A stretch of 64,000 bases of DNA from Sedimentisphaerales bacterium (GTDB lineage: Bacteria; Planctomycetota; Phycisphaerae; Sedimentisphaerales; SM23-30), in the NCBI GenBank assembly GCA_963663805.2, contig CAXXMR010000003.1, positions 201,769 through 265,768 on the forward strand, in the 5' to 3' direction. The notes beneath the pieces were generated by a model that did no database searches, was not told where the DNA came from, and worked only from the letters and a program-made list of their open reading frames with translations. The translations under genes were made by a program, and so were the position numbers. Of this stretch, positions 1-10,278 are shown piece by piece (positions within the stretch are counted from its first letter, which is position 1; every line of letters starts with the position of its first letter).

Positions 1-1053
1 CAGCAAGATGTTAACGGGGTATGGAGGCAGGCAGCCAGACTGTTGGCCTCTGATGGGGAACCCAATGACCGTTTTGGTTATTCCGCGGCAATCAGCGAGG
101 ATGGTAGTTATATAGTTATCGGTGGCTTTAAAACGAACGCGGCTTACGTATTTCATCGTGACGGTGACAATTGGACAGAGACAGCCAAGCTGACTGCGGC
201 AACGGGCAGTTGTTTCGGTGAAGGCGTAGCGATAAGCGGAGAATACGTAATTATCGGCTCGCGAGGTGAAGATGGTCGTACCGGTGCAGCATATATTTTC
301 CAACGCAACGGTGACACCTGGACGCAGATGGTAAGACTTACCGACCCGGATTGCAATATAAACGACTACTTCGGCGGGAGCGTAGCAATCAGTGGCGATT
401 ACGCTGTTGTCGGAGCACCTAACGACAGCGTTCCATATACTTACACCGGTTCGGTATGCTTCTTCCAGCGCAACGGGGCCATCTGGGAGCGGATGTGCAG
501 ATTGAAAGCATCTGATCCTGCGAAGGATGACAAATTCGGCTTCTCGGTCGCTATCGAAGGCGATTACGCCGTTGTCGGTTCAGTTGGTGATGACGATACG
601 GCGGATTGGGGCGGGGCCTTATATGTTTTTCATCGCAATGATACAGAGTGGATCGAGGTTGCCAAATTGACTGCTCCTGATGCCCATAACTCTGACGGCC
701 TTGGCTGTTCCCTCTCGATCAGCGGCAACAACATTGTTGCCAGTACCCATGCCTTCACAAGCAGTTACGGTGCCGTGTACGTTTACCACCGTGCGGGTAA
801 CGAATGGGGGCTGTTAGAGAAGTTCAAGACTTCTGACTCCTCCAGTTGGCCTACAACTTACGCTGCTATTGACAGGGAGAAAATTCTCATTGGTATGCTT
901 GGTAACAATACTAACGGAGAATACGCCGGGGCAGCGTATTTTACGACAGTTCCCTATCCTGATGGGGATGTTAACCTGGATTACCGTGTAGATTTCCTGG
1001 ATTTTGCTGTTATGACGGAGAACTGGCTCGAATGTACGCTGGATTGTGATTGA
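1..1053 (+). CDS. FG-GAP repeat beta-propeller protein with C-terminal dockerin-like tail (5' partial)
   Basis: Frame is open from base 1 (QQDVNGVWRQAARLLASDG...). Repeated D-x-FG-x-S-V-A-I-S-G / GAAYxF units; tail GDVNLDYRVDFLDFAVMTENWL. Confidence 0.85.
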   Translation, partial: QQDVNGVWRQAARLLASDGEPNDRFGYSAAISEDGSYIVIGGFKTNAAYVFHRDGDNWTETAKLTAATGSCFGEGVAISGEYVIIGSRGEDGRTGAAYIFQRNGDTWTQMVRLTDPDCNINDYFGGSVAISGDYAVVGAPNDSVPYTYTGSVCFFQRNGAIWERMCRLKASDPAKDDKFGFSVAIEGDYAVVGSVGDDDTADWGGALYVFHRNDTEWIEVAKLTAPDAHNSDGLGCSLSISGNNIVASTHAFTSSYGAVYVYHRAGNEWGLLEKFKTSDSSSWPTTYAAIDREKILIGMLGNNTNGEYAGAAYFTTVPYPDGDVNLDYRVDFLDFAVMTENWLECTLDCD

Positions 1054-1082
1054 GGATTAAGGCGTCAAATAAAGGGTAAATA

Positions 1083-1943
1083 ATGAAAAAACCGATTGTT
1101 TTAGTCTTTGTCTTTGTAACACTGGGAAGCACTTTGCCTTCCTCGTGGGCTGACGCTATCTCAATGGATGATATTCAGTTCTGGACCGGAAGCGGCGACA
1201 ATAGTGCTGCCATGATCGTACACTGGTCCGTGCCGGAAATCTTTAATCTTGCTTATACTGACGGAGAAACAACCCCAATGCCCTCTCCCATTCAGGATGT
1301 CACTATGGTATGGGGTTATCGATTTGACGGAACCGTTAATGCTGAAAAGATGATGCTGGACATTGCCAGAGCTGACTCTCAATTGTATCTTTTTGCTGGC
1401 GGACAGCCGGGGCTGGGGGTCGCAATTTTCGGTATCGGTTACGATCTCGATAACGATGGATATGGATTGGCATGGAGCGAAGGCGAAACCTATACCAGTT
1501 CTGATTTCAGCAACGGATTCCTCGGAGGCCAGCCTTACGGTGACGCTGATATGTACTTGCCTACTGACCAAGACGATTTGTACTGGGGTGGCTGGTATGG
1601 ACCGAATTGGGAATTGTGGCATGAAAGCGGCGGTGAAGGTGGATTCTTTATTGCGCCAGATAGCGGCCCAGATATCTACTGGACCGGTGATTTCTTTACT
1701 GGTGAGCATGGAGAATGGACATTCTCTCAGGTTGGTATATCCAGTATGAAGATTGAGGATGGATCGTGGGTAGGCTGGTCGATAGCGGCAGGCGGTCTTG
1801 ATATGTATGCGTTACCGCCGGACGAAGGAACGTTAGCCTGGATAAATAATAAACAGGCTCCGGCTTTGCCGGTTCCTGAGCCGGCTGCAATTGTATTACT
1901 TGGTTTAAGTAGTTTAGCGTTAACAAGAAAAAATTATAATTAA
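1083..1943 (+). CDS. PEP-CTERM surface protein (cassette 1, B12 locus)
   Basis: Signal peptide; C-terminal VPEP + hydrophobic helix + basic tail (VPEPAAIVLLGLSSLALTRK). Confidence 0.85.
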   Translation: MKKPIVLVFVFVTLGSTLPSSWADAISMDDIQFWTGSGDNSAAMIVHWSVPEIFNLAYTDGETTPMPSPIQDVTMVWGYRFDGTVNAEKMMLDIARADSQLYLFAGGQPGLGVAIFGIGYDLDNDGYGLAWSEGETYTSSDFSNGFLGGQPYGDADMYLPTDQDDLYWGGWYGPNWELWHESGGEGGFFIAPDSGPDIYWTGDFFTGEHGEWTFSQVGISSMKIEDGSWVGWSIAAGGLDMYALPPDEGTLAWINNKQAPALPVPEPAAIVLLGLSSLALTRKNYN

Positions 1944-1955
1944 GGAAATAGTTAA

Positions 1956-3329
1956 ATGAAAAATTTAGTTACATTAATTCTGGTATTGATATGTGCATCT
2001 TTCTCTTGGGCCCAGGTAGATAATAACTGGTCCCAGTTTCATTCTGGTAATGATTTTGCCGGAGCGACAACGACGGGGCCTGATCTTGGGGTTTATAGCA
2101 CTCCTCGTTTTCAAGTCGGCAGCGATCTAGGGGCCGGATTCATGGGTGCCAGTGCTTCTGCGCCTGTCGTGATGAATAATATGGTTTATTGTTATTCCGC
2201 CAGCGGCGCAGTTAACGCATTCAGCGAACTTGACGGCAGTCAGTTATGGACATCACCGGTAGCAGAAGCCTCGTTTGGTTCATGGTCATCGCCATCAGCA
2301 GATTCGGCCAGTAACTCTGTTTTCATGGGTTCTGGAGAGTACGTATACTGCCTTGATGCCGATACCGGCGTCGAAAAATGGAGCTATCATCTCAGCACCA
2401 TGGGCAGCCATGGTGAAACTTACGCCAGTGTTGTGAATGCTTCTGTTTCGATTGTGCCGGACCTGGGCCTTAACGGAGAAGGGCTGGCGTATATGCACAC
2501 TTATGGTAGTTTCGGTGGTGGTACAAGACTTCACGCGATCAATGTTGCTGACGGTAGTCAAGCCTGGACTCTCGACCTGACAGGTCAGGGGCAGGGAGCG
2601 GTAGCCTACAATTCAGCCGAGAATCTGGTTTATACAACGGTAGGTACCGAAGGTGGCTGGGCGTCGGGCCGGGGCGGCATAGTTGCTATCGACGCATCAA
2701 CCGGAATAATTAATGTAGGTTGGGGCAATAACGGATACAGCGTTGGTTCTTTCGAGCCTTTGAGCTTTGGCGGAATCACTTATGACAGTGTTAATGACCG
2801 GGTAATCGCCGGCGGTTATGACTTTTATGATTACGCCGGTATGCTTGTTGCAGACGGTTCCGACGGTTCGACCATTTCCTATACAGGCGATAATGGGGCC
2901 CCTTCAGGCGACTATACGCCCACGCTCGGCGATGACGATCTGGTCTATGCCTGTGGGGCAGAATTTCAGGATGGCCCGTTCGTATTTGCTTATAATACCG
3001 TGACCGGACAGGAAGTCTGGAAATCGGCACAGGGCTGGGGCGGCTGGAATCAATCGCTGGCTTACGCACTCGACATGGGTGACGGCACTGATGTAATCTA
3101 CGCATCCGACCAGTATGGAACTAAAATCGGGATGTTTGATGCTGATACCGGAGCACTCTTGGAGACCATAGATGGTTATGGAGGTCAGTTTGCTTTAGCC
3201 AACGAAAATCTTTATACAATTTCTGGTGGACAGTTAGTAGCTTTTGGTCCGAATGTGGTTCCTGAGCCCGCTACGATGACTTTGCTGGGTTTAGGCGTTA
3301 TCACTATGTTACGTAGAAAACGTGCTTAA
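1956..3329 (+). CDS. PQQ-like beta-propeller PEP-CTERM protein (cassette 1)
   Basis: Signal peptide; repeats such as CLDADTGVEKW, AINVADGSQAW, AYNTVTGQEVW; tail VPEPATMTLLGLGVITMLRRKRA. Confidence 0.85.
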   Translation: MKNLVTLILVLICASFSWAQVDNNWSQFHSGNDFAGATTTGPDLGVYSTPRFQVGSDLGAGFMGASASAPVVMNNMVYCYSASGAVNAFSELDGSQLWTSPVAEASFGSWSSPSADSASNSVFMGSGEYVYCLDADTGVEKWSYHLSTMGSHGETYASVVNASVSIVPDLGLNGEGLAYMHTYGSFGGGTRLHAINVADGSQAWTLDLTGQGQGAVAYNSAENLVYTTVGTEGGWASGRGGIVAIDASTGIINVGWGNNGYSVGSFEPLSFGGITYDSVNDRVIAGGYDFYDYAGMLVADGSDGSTISYTGDNGAPSGDYTPTLGDDDLVYACGAEFQDGPFVFAYNTVTGQEVWKSAQGWGGWNQSLAYALDMGDGTDVIYASDQYGTKIGMFDADTGALLETIDGYGGQFALANENLYTISGGQLVAFGPNVVPEPATMTLLGLGVITMLRRKRA

Positions 3330-3427
3330 TTAATTTTGAGGCCCGGTCGCAACCGCAAAATCAGTATCTGTAAATGTAGATGTAGATTAGAAAATAAAGA
3401 TTTCGACAAGTTAAAATGGAGATCATT

Positions 3428-5059
3428 ATGCGATTAACTATTTTTTCAGTATTTACTGTTTTTGTGGTGGCGATCGGTCCTGGGGCGCATGAGACTCATG
3501 CGTCTGACATCTGGGCGGATCATATTGTTTATAACTGGGACGGTTCAACCGCGACGCATGCTCCCGGCAGTAATGACAACATGACTCACGGTCCATTTCA
3601 TTCCAGTGCGCTCTGGAGTGATCCCAACGCGATACTGGGTAAGCCCTGTACACTGGACAGGGACGATACGGAATGGGACGGAGGCAATTTCCGTGAGATC
3701 AACATGGTCTGGCCAGCATGGTACAATGGTGTTAGTGATTACAATCTGGATGGCACACACTATACGGATGGTTACCCCGAATTAACCCGTAACAACGGAT
3801 GCGGACTGAAGAAAAGCGGCTCAGAAATCGGGCAGATTGTAGTCGAATTTGATGAAGTTATCGAAAACGATTCGCACAACCCTTACGGGATCGATTTCAT
3901 TGTTCATGGCAATCCGTTCTTTGCCACAGGCATTTATGTTTATGAAGATTCAGACATGAACACATATACGCTGACGGCTTTTGGTGGAGGCGGTGAATTT
4001 CCGCCCAGCGGAGCCGGTGCGGTCTTTTCGGAACCTATAACAATAAGCGTTGCTCAGTCGCTTGACGGCCCGTGGTATACTTTTACTGATGCTCCGGGTG
4101 ATGTGGTAGTCACTGCCGACAATTATTTTCCGACCCAGCCGTATAAATGGGACAGCAGTAATCATTGCTGGATTGGCGAAGAACTCGACTGGACCAAACC
4201 GGTCAATCCCTGGATTGTCAATTATTTCGGTAATGAGACAGTAGCGGATGCCATCAGGCTGTACGCCGGCTCCGCGGGTGGAACTCCTTTTGATCTGGAC
4301 TGGCTTTCAGACCAGTACGGCAATCCTGTCGGCCTGGAATGGATAAAGTACATCAAATTCAGTGACCCGGATAATTATCAGGGCGAGATATGTGCCGCCG
4401 CGGACGTAGCCCCGGTAAAACTCGGTGATCAGATGTCGGTTACACCCTTCAATCTGGAGGTCGGTATAAGCCAGCTGGACTTTGTTGATCCTGAAAATGA
4501 ATCAGCCAAACTTGCTGAAATTCTCGTTGTTGACACTGAGCAAGCCCTGGCATTTCAAGTAACCGCCATAGATGATCTTTCGAATTATGCCGAGGCCCCA
4601 CCCCAGCCGTTGGCAGCCTATAATGTGACGGCGATAGTAATCTTGAGCCCTTTTACCCAGGCGGCGGCAGTTGCGGATTTAAGTTTTTATGTTGGAGATA
4701 CCTATAATGGTGACGGCAGTGATCTGGCGATTTATCAATGGATTGATGAGAGCTGGACGGTGCTGATGCCCTCAGGCTATGATACCTTCGGCAAATTGCT
4801 TAGTGTGACTGATGTTGATGTGTTTGAGGTTTTTGTTATCGCTGAAACCCTGATTTCGCCCGAAGGTGATATTAATCAAGATTACCGGGTAGATATGCGG
4901 GACTTTGTATTTCTGGAGCGATTTTGGCTCATGGACATAACCAATGAACCTGACGAATTGGCACAAAGAACAGATTTAGCCGAAGATGGTTTTATTAATA
5001 TTATGGATATGGCTGTTTTGGTGGATAACTGGCTTAAATGTACTTCTAATTGTAAGTGA
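3428..5059 (+). CDS. Secreted protein with dockerin-like C-terminus; N-terminal domain resembles Bacteroidetes B12-locus surface proteins
   Basis: SD GGAG before ATG 3428; signal peptide; motifs GQIVVEFD..IEN, DFIVHGNPF, FSEP, GGTPFDLDW; two dockerin-like repeats (GDINQDYRVD..DF; DLAEDGFINIMDM..NWL). Confidence 0.75.
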   Translation: MRLTIFSVFTVFVVAIGPGAHETHASDIWADHIVYNWDGSTATHAPGSNDNMTHGPFHSSALWSDPNAILGKPCTLDRDDTEWDGGNFREINMVWPAWYNGVSDYNLDGTHYTDGYPELTRNNGCGLKKSGSEIGQIVVEFDEVIENDSHNPYGIDFIVHGNPFFATGIYVYEDSDMNTYTLTAFGGGGEFPPSGAGAVFSEPITISVAQSLDGPWYTFTDAPGDVVVTADNYFPTQPYKWDSSNHCWIGEELDWTKPVNPWIVNYFGNETVADAIRLYAGSAGGTPFDLDWLSDQYGNPVGLEWIKYIKFSDPDNYQGEICAAADVAPVKLGDQMSVTPFNLEVGISQLDFVDPENESAKLAEILVVDTEQALAFQVTAIDDLSNYAEAPPQPLAAYNVTAIVILSPFTQAAAVADLSFYVGDTYNGDGSDLAIYQWIDESWTVLMPSGYDTFGKLLSVTDVDVFEVFVIAETLISPEGDINQDYRVDMRDFVFLERFWLMDITNEPDELAQRTDLAEDGFINIMDMAVLVDNWLKCTSNCK

Positions 5060-5832
5060 AACAAAAACCCGGATTTACATTAATAGAACTACTGGTGGTG
5101 ATAGCCATCATAGCTTTGCTGGTATCAATCCTGCTGCCGGCCCTGGGGCGTGCTAGAGCTGCAGGCAAGCAAATTGTTTGCCTTAGTAATGTACGTCAGA
5201 TGTGCCTGGGAGTTCAAACATATCTGGTTAATAACAATGATTTTTTCCCGCCCGCTGCGAGGGATACATTTGGAATGCCAGGCAGCGTTCAATACGCCTG
5301 GGATTTCATTCGCGAATGGAATCATCTAGCTAATACCTGGGATTATAAGCCTGGGCTGATTTGGGAAGGTCAGGGTAATGTTGAGATTCAGCAGTGCCCG
5401 GCCTTTACCGGACCAGCCATGTGGGAAGGGGATAAATATACCGGCTACAACTACAACACCAGCTATATTGGCTGGGCCGAACCAGTGGGAGGATGGTCAG
5501 CGTTAGATTATATACCAACCGCACGCATAACGGATATCAGGCAGCCTGATAAGTGTGCTGTTTTTGGTGACGGGCAATATGGAAAAAACCAGGCTAATAA
5601 GTTTATGCGGGCCCCCTGGGAAAATGAGCGGGAAAAGGATATCAGCAATTCAACGCGTTATGCCGGAACCCAGGGTTTTCGACACCTCGAGAGCACCAAC
5701 GTTGGTTTTGCTGATGGGCATTGTCAGTCATTGAAAGACAGGCATACCAATACCTACAGCTTCATCCAGGGTTATATCAGCAGCGATTGCGGCTTCCTCT
5801 CAGAAGATAATTCCCTGTATGATCTCAAATGA
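5056..5832 (+). CDS. Prepilin-type N-terminal cleavage/methylation protein, DUF1559-like with H-X9-DG motif (cassette 1)
   Basis: [44 protein letters not shown] overlap with the upstream gene. Confidence 0.9.
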   Translation: MKQKPGFTLIELLVVIAIIALLVSILLPALGRARAAGKQIVCLSNVRQMCLGVQTYLVNNNDFFPPAARDTFGMPGSVQYAWDFIREWNHLANTWDYKPGLIWEGQGNVEIQQCPAFTGPAMWEGDKYTGYNYNTSYIGWAEPVGGWSALDYIPTARITDIRQPDKCAVFGDGQYGKNQANKFMRAPWENEREKDISNSTRYAGTQGFRHLESTNVGFADGHCQSLKDRHTNTYSFIQGYISSDCGFLSEDNSLYDLK

Positions 5833-5975
5833 CTCAGCCGGCCAGTGTTTTTATAAACTTTGTCATGGAAGGAACGTGAACTATATAACTGAATTGTGTT
5901 AGAAATTTATCTCTTTTAATGGTAATATTACTGCCGAGATGCCATTTTGCAAAAGTTTAGTTGAAGGTTGAATAG

Positions 5976-6986
5976 ATGCTGACTGCAGACGAAATACATG
6001 ATCACCTGAATAATCTCACAAAACCAAAGGGAAGCCTGGGGCAACTTGAAATGCTTGCCGCCAAATTAAGCTTATGTCAACAGACACTCAAGCCTAGAAC
6101 CAAGCCTCGAAGTATCGTAATATTCGCTGCTGACCATGGAGTAGTTACAGAGGGTATTTCCGCTTGGCCCGCTGAAGTTACGGCATTAATGATTACCAAC
6201 ATTTTAAGCGGGGGTGCCGCGAGTAGCGTATTAGCGAAATCTACTAAAACAGAACTACGGCTTGTCGATGTTGGCTCGTATGGCTTACCTGAGAACGAAA
6301 GTGACAATTACCGATGCGTAAAAATTGCATGCGGCACAGCCAATCTGTCAAAAAAACCATCTATGACTAAAGAGCAATTTAAACAAGCGGCCTTAGTTGG
6401 CAGAGCTGAAGCCGAAATAGCCGTTGGAAAAGGAGCCAGGATACTGGCCGCTGGAGAAATGGGAATTGGCAACACAACATCCGCATCTTGTATAACATCC
6501 CTGTTATGTGATGCGGCCCCAGAATCCGTTATTGGTTCGGGAGCAGGTGCTGACGAGGTAATACTGTCTCGAAAAAGGGATATTGTTTATGACGCGGTAC
6601 AACGATTACGAAATAAAAGCAATAATGATTTTATTGAAGACATTTCCAGTATATGCGGCTTCGAAATCGCCGCTATGGCAGGTTTCTATTGCAAGGCGTT
6701 TGAGCTTAAAAGAGTTATGATAATTGATGGTTTTATCTCTACGGCAGCAGCGTTAATCGCCGAGAAGATAAGTCCGGGCTGTTGTGGTTATATGATTGCA
6801 TCGCATTGCTCCGCGGAACCAGGCCATAAGATTCTGTTGAAAAAGCTGAAATTAGCGCCGCTTCTCAATTGGTCAATGCACTTAGGAGAGGGAACCGGTG
6901 CCTTGCTGGCCATGCCCTTGATAGATGCCGCCGCCAATATTACGTCAAAAATGGCAACGTTTGAATCTGCGGGGATAAAGCGATGA
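5976..6986 (+). CDS. cobT: Nicotinate-nucleotide-dimethylbenzimidazole phosphoribosyltransferase
   Basis: LTKPKGSLGQLE, FAADHGV, GEMGIGNTT, LGEGTGA motifs. Confidence 0.95.
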   Translation: MLTADEIHDHLNNLTKPKGSLGQLEMLAAKLSLCQQTLKPRTKPRSIVIFAADHGVVTEGISAWPAEVTALMITNILSGGAASSVLAKSTKTELRLVDVGSYGLPENESDNYRCVKIACGTANLSKKPSMTKEQFKQAALVGRAEAEIAVGKGARILAAGEMGIGNTTSASCITSLLCDAAPESVIGSGAGADEVILSRKRDIVYDAVQRLRNKSNNDFIEDISSICGFEIAAMAGFYCKAFELKRVMIIDGFISTAAALIAEKISPGCCGYMIASHCSAEPGHKILLKKLKLAPLLNWSMHLGEGTGALLAMPLIDAAANITSKMATFESAGIKR

Positions 6987-7762
6987 ATAAATATCTAATA
7001 CTGCCTTTTTTAACGACGGTACAATTTCTGACCCGCATACCCGTTCCAAATGGAAACAATCCTTCAGATCCGAAAGTGTTTCAGCGGGTTGTATTGTTTA
7101 TGCCGCTGGTCGGAATGCTGGTAGGATTGATTACTGCCGGTGTTTTTGTGCTGTGCCAGTTTTTCTTTAATGCTTTATTGGCCGCGACCATTGCAATTGC
7201 TGTGGAGCTATTGGTCACGGGTGCGTTTCATGAAGACGCGGTAGCGGATTACTTTGACGCGTTTGGCGGCGGCTGGACAAAAGATGATATTTTGAGAATA
7301 CTAAAGGACAGCCGAATAGGCAGTTACGGGGCGACGTCCCTTATTATGGCCCTGATTTTACGGATTCTGACAATAGCTTGTCTTGATGGAATTCTGTTCC
7401 AGATAGTTGTGATTACTGCCTCAGCCTCTATTGGACGGCTTGCTACCGTTATTTCAGTTGGAATTTTAAAGCCATTAGAATCCAGAGAAGGTCTTGCCAA
7501 AGAAGCCGGCCATAATGCTAAAATATCGGATGTCATCATCGCAGCCTTATTGATTTTACCCGTATTTGTTATTTGGGGATATTTAACGCCAATTAAAATG
7601 CTGATATCGCTGGTTGTTATTGCGGTTTTGTTGGCAATCGTATTACGAAAAATAAACAAACTTATCGGAGGCATTACAGGCGACTGCCTTGGTATGATTT
7701 GCTACATGGCCCAAATAATTGTTTTGTTAGTCTCCGCGGCAGACTGGAGGGGATTGGATTGA
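6983..7762 (+). CDS. cobS: Adenosylcobinamide-GDP ribazoletransferase (cobalamin synthase)
   Basis: FLTRIP, TGAFHEDAVADYFD, ILKDSRIGSYG, GGITGDCLG; multi-TM protein. Confidence 0.95.
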   Translation: MNKYLILPFLTTVQFLTRIPVPNGNNPSDPKVFQRVVLFMPLVGMLVGLITAGVFVLCQFFFNALLAATIAIAVELLVTGAFHEDAVADYFDAFGGGWTKDDILRILKDSRIGSYGATSLIMALILRILTIACLDGILFQIVVITASASIGRLATVISVGILKPLESREGLAKEAGHNAKISDVIIAALLILPVFVIWGYLTPIKMLISLVVIAVLLAIVLRKINKLIGGITGDCLGMICYMAQIIVLLVSAADWRGLD

Positions 7763-8325
7763 AACGCACACTTATTCTCATACGTCATGGCCAGATACAG
7801 GACAAATATCAAGGCTTGTGTTATGGTGCAAGCGATATCGAACTGAGCGAAATCGGCCAGAGACAGAGCGTCGAGGCTGCTGAACAAGTCGGTAAGTATC
7901 TAATCGACACAATATATCACAGCGATCTTAAACGCACTATCTTTATGGCGAAACTTTTGGCGACTAAATCGAACGCCAAAATCAGCGCAGACATTCGCCT
8001 CAGAGAGAGGAATTTTGGTACGTGGGAACTTAAAAAGTGGGACAGCATTTATGCTGAGAACGGAAATAAGATTGACGGTGTGTTTGAAAATCCCGATTCG
8101 TTTGCTCCGCCGGAGGGAGAGACAACTTATGCTTTCCGCAATCGAATCATGACGTGGTACAAGGATATTCCAGAAGAAGGAATTTTCGCGGTAATTGCCC
8201 ACGGAGGAACCATTGCCGCTTTGCTGGGAACACTGAAAAAACTTTCCGTTAAACAATGGCTTGATTTGATTCCCCAATATGGTGAGCATGTTATTTATTC
8301 AGAGGATAAGAAAGTGCCAAAATGA
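7759..8325 (+). CDS. cobC: Histidine phosphatase, alpha-ribazole phosphatase-like
   Basis: LIRHG, SDLKR, LRERNFGTWE, IAHGG. TTG start at 7759 overlaps the cobS stop and follows GGAGG; cob context. Confidence 0.8.
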   Translation: MKRTLILIRHGQIQDKYQGLCYGASDIELSEIGQRQSVEAAEQVGKYLIDTIYHSDLKRTIFMAKLLATKSNAKISADIRLRERNFGTWELKKWDSIYAENGNKIDGVFENPDSFAPPEGETTYAFRNRIMTWYKDIPEEGIFAVIAHGGTIAALLGTLKKLSVKQWLDLIPQYGEHVIYSEDKKVPK

Positions 8326-8687
8326 AAAAATACAGCATTGTTTTATTAGTTGCCATATGCCTTAGTATTTGCCTTGTTGGTTTTTTTTCGACTAATTATA
8401 ACCTACCTCCCTTAGAACAGAATCAAGTAGTCCCCAGCAGGGTTATCTCGATAAACCCGGCAGCTACTGAAATCATTTTTGAGCTTGGTTGTGATGATAA
8501 ACTCATCGCCATCAGCGATTTCTGCAATTATCCCCTTAAGACGAAAAATATGGATAAGGTTGGCGGTATTATTAATCCTAATTTCGAGCGTATAAGTATC
8601 CTCAAGCCAGATTTGATAATCATCCAGGGCAAATGTGAAGATATAACAAAATTTTGTAACCACAAGGGTATTAAATATATAAATATC

Positions 8688-10278
8688 GTAACATTTTAGC
8701 CAAGTGAAGCAAATTCTATAGCTTTTGGGTTGGCTTGTGCAAAAAAAAGACAAAAAAAACTTTAAAATGTTAAGATGGGTAATTTGCGCTATTGCGTGTA
8801 ATGGTTTATAGTTTCAGCATGATGAAGCCGAATGCTGAACAGGCTATCGCCGACCTGGCCTTAGAGCAGGAATTGACTGCGGAGCAGGCTGAGCTTATTT
8901 ACGAGCAAGGCAGAGAGGCGGTGGTTTTTGTTTTGCTGAGACTGTCGAAACTGGCAGCGGAAAAAACACAAGGTACGTTAGTTGCCGGCAGTCCGGCTGA
9001 TCCTTCGTGTCCCTCAGGTCAGAAGCCGGTTTTTGTCAAGCCGAACAAAACAGATAAAAAACGCGGCAAAAAGTTTGGCCGTAAAAAAGGGCATCAAGGT
9101 ACTCGCCGCAATCTGCCGACCCAAATAGACCGTACCGAAGAACATCGCGCTTCATGTTGTCCGGACTGCGGCGGCGAACTGAAAAAATGTTCCGGCACAC
9201 GTGAACGAATCATCGAAGACATCCCGGAAGATGTTCGCGTTGAGACGGTAAAGCATGTTATTCATCGCGACTGGTGTCCGAACTGTCGCAAGGCGGTTGA
9301 GCCGATCGTAACCGATGCTCTGCCAAAATCATCTATTGGCAATGGTATTGTGGTTTTGTGTGCCTGGCTCCACTTTGCGTTGGGCAATACGATAGCGCAG
9401 ATCCTGGAGGTGTTTAATTTTCATCTCCGGTTTAAGATGTCGCCGGGCGGATTAGTCCAGATGTGGCATCGTTTAGCGGATATACTCCTGGCCTGGTACG
9501 AAGAAATAATCGAGGACATTCAAAAAGCCGGTGTCCTGCACGGCGATGAGACCGGCTGGCGGGTAAACGGTAAAACGCATTGGTTATGGTGCTTTACCAG
9601 CCATCAAGCCACGATTTTTACGGTCGAGCAGTCGCGGGCCGGGCCGGTGGTTTTGGAATTTATCAAAGAATGTTTCAACGGCGTGTTCGTAAGTGACTTC
9701 TGGTATGCTTACAATGTATTGTCATGCGCCAAACAAAAGTGCCTGGTTCACTTACTGCGTGATTTGGAGCGAGTCTGGAAAGCCAAAGACCACAGCGGCG
9801 ATTGGCCGAGGTTCTCCAAAAAACTCAAACGATTAATTCGCGACGCGATACGCCTGCGTAAACGCATCGATGAACTGGATGCGACGGTTTACCAGCGGCG
9901 CTGCCAACGAATCGAAAAACGCTTGGATCTTATTATCGCGCATGAGTGGTCGAACAAGGAAGCTCAGCGGTTGATTAAGCGTTTGAAACGCCATCATGAT
10001 GAGCTGTTCACTTTTCTGAGCAATCGCGAGGTGCCGTTCGATAATAATTTTGGCGAACGCAGCATTCGCGGCGCGGTGATCATGCGAAAGAACAGCTATA
10101 ACAACCGCAGCGACCGTGGAGCCCGAACGCAATCGGTGCTGATGAGCGTGTTTTTTACCCTGAAACAACGCGGCCTAAACCCGGTTGCTACCATCAAAAA
10201 AGCCCTGCGAACATACATCAAAACCGGCAAATTGCCAAAACTCGCGGAGTTCTCTGCTTCACTTGGCTAAAGTGTTAC
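8688..10278 (+). mobile_element. IS66-family insertion sequence, single-ORF type, 1591 bp
   Basis: 24-bp terminal IRs GTAACA(T/C)TTTAGCCAAGTGAAGCA (1 mismatch); 8-bp TSD TAAATATC at 8680-8687 and 10279-10286. Confidence 0.95.
8819..10270 (+). CDS. IS66 transposase
   Basis: CPDCGG and CPNC zinc finger, HGDETGW, VSDFW, QKCLVHLLRD, PFDNNFGERSIR; the stop codon lies inside the right IR; exact start uncertain (8792-8822). Confidence 0.92.
   Translation: MMKPNAEQAIADLALEQELTAEQAELIYEQGREAVVFVLLRLSKLAAEKTQGTLVAGSPADPSCPSGQKPVFVKPNKTDKKRGKKFGRKKGHQGTRRNLPTQIDRTEEHRASCCPDCGGELKKCSGTRERIIEDIPEDVRVETVKHVIHRDWCPNCRKAVEPIVTDALPKSSIGNGIVVLCAWLHFALGNTIAQILEVFNFHLRFKMSPGGLVQMWHRLADILLAWYEEIIEDIQKAGVLHGDETGWRVNGKTHWLWCFTSHQATIFTVEQSRAGPVVLEFIKECFNGVFVSDFWYAYNVLSCAKQKCLVHLLRDLERVWKAKDHSGDWPRFSKKLKRLIRDAIRLRKRIDELDATVYQRRCQRIEKRLDLIIAHEWSNKEAQRLIKRLKRHHDELFTFLSNREVPFDNNFGERSIRGAVIMRKNSYNNRSDRGARTQSVLMSVFFTLKQRGLNPVATIKKALRTYIKTGKLPKLAEFSASLG

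Noticed and set aside
5833..5975. Cobalamin riboswitch before cobT (also checked 10845-11009)
   Set aside because: No recognisable B12-box; one may lie upstream of the window. Needs an Rfam search.
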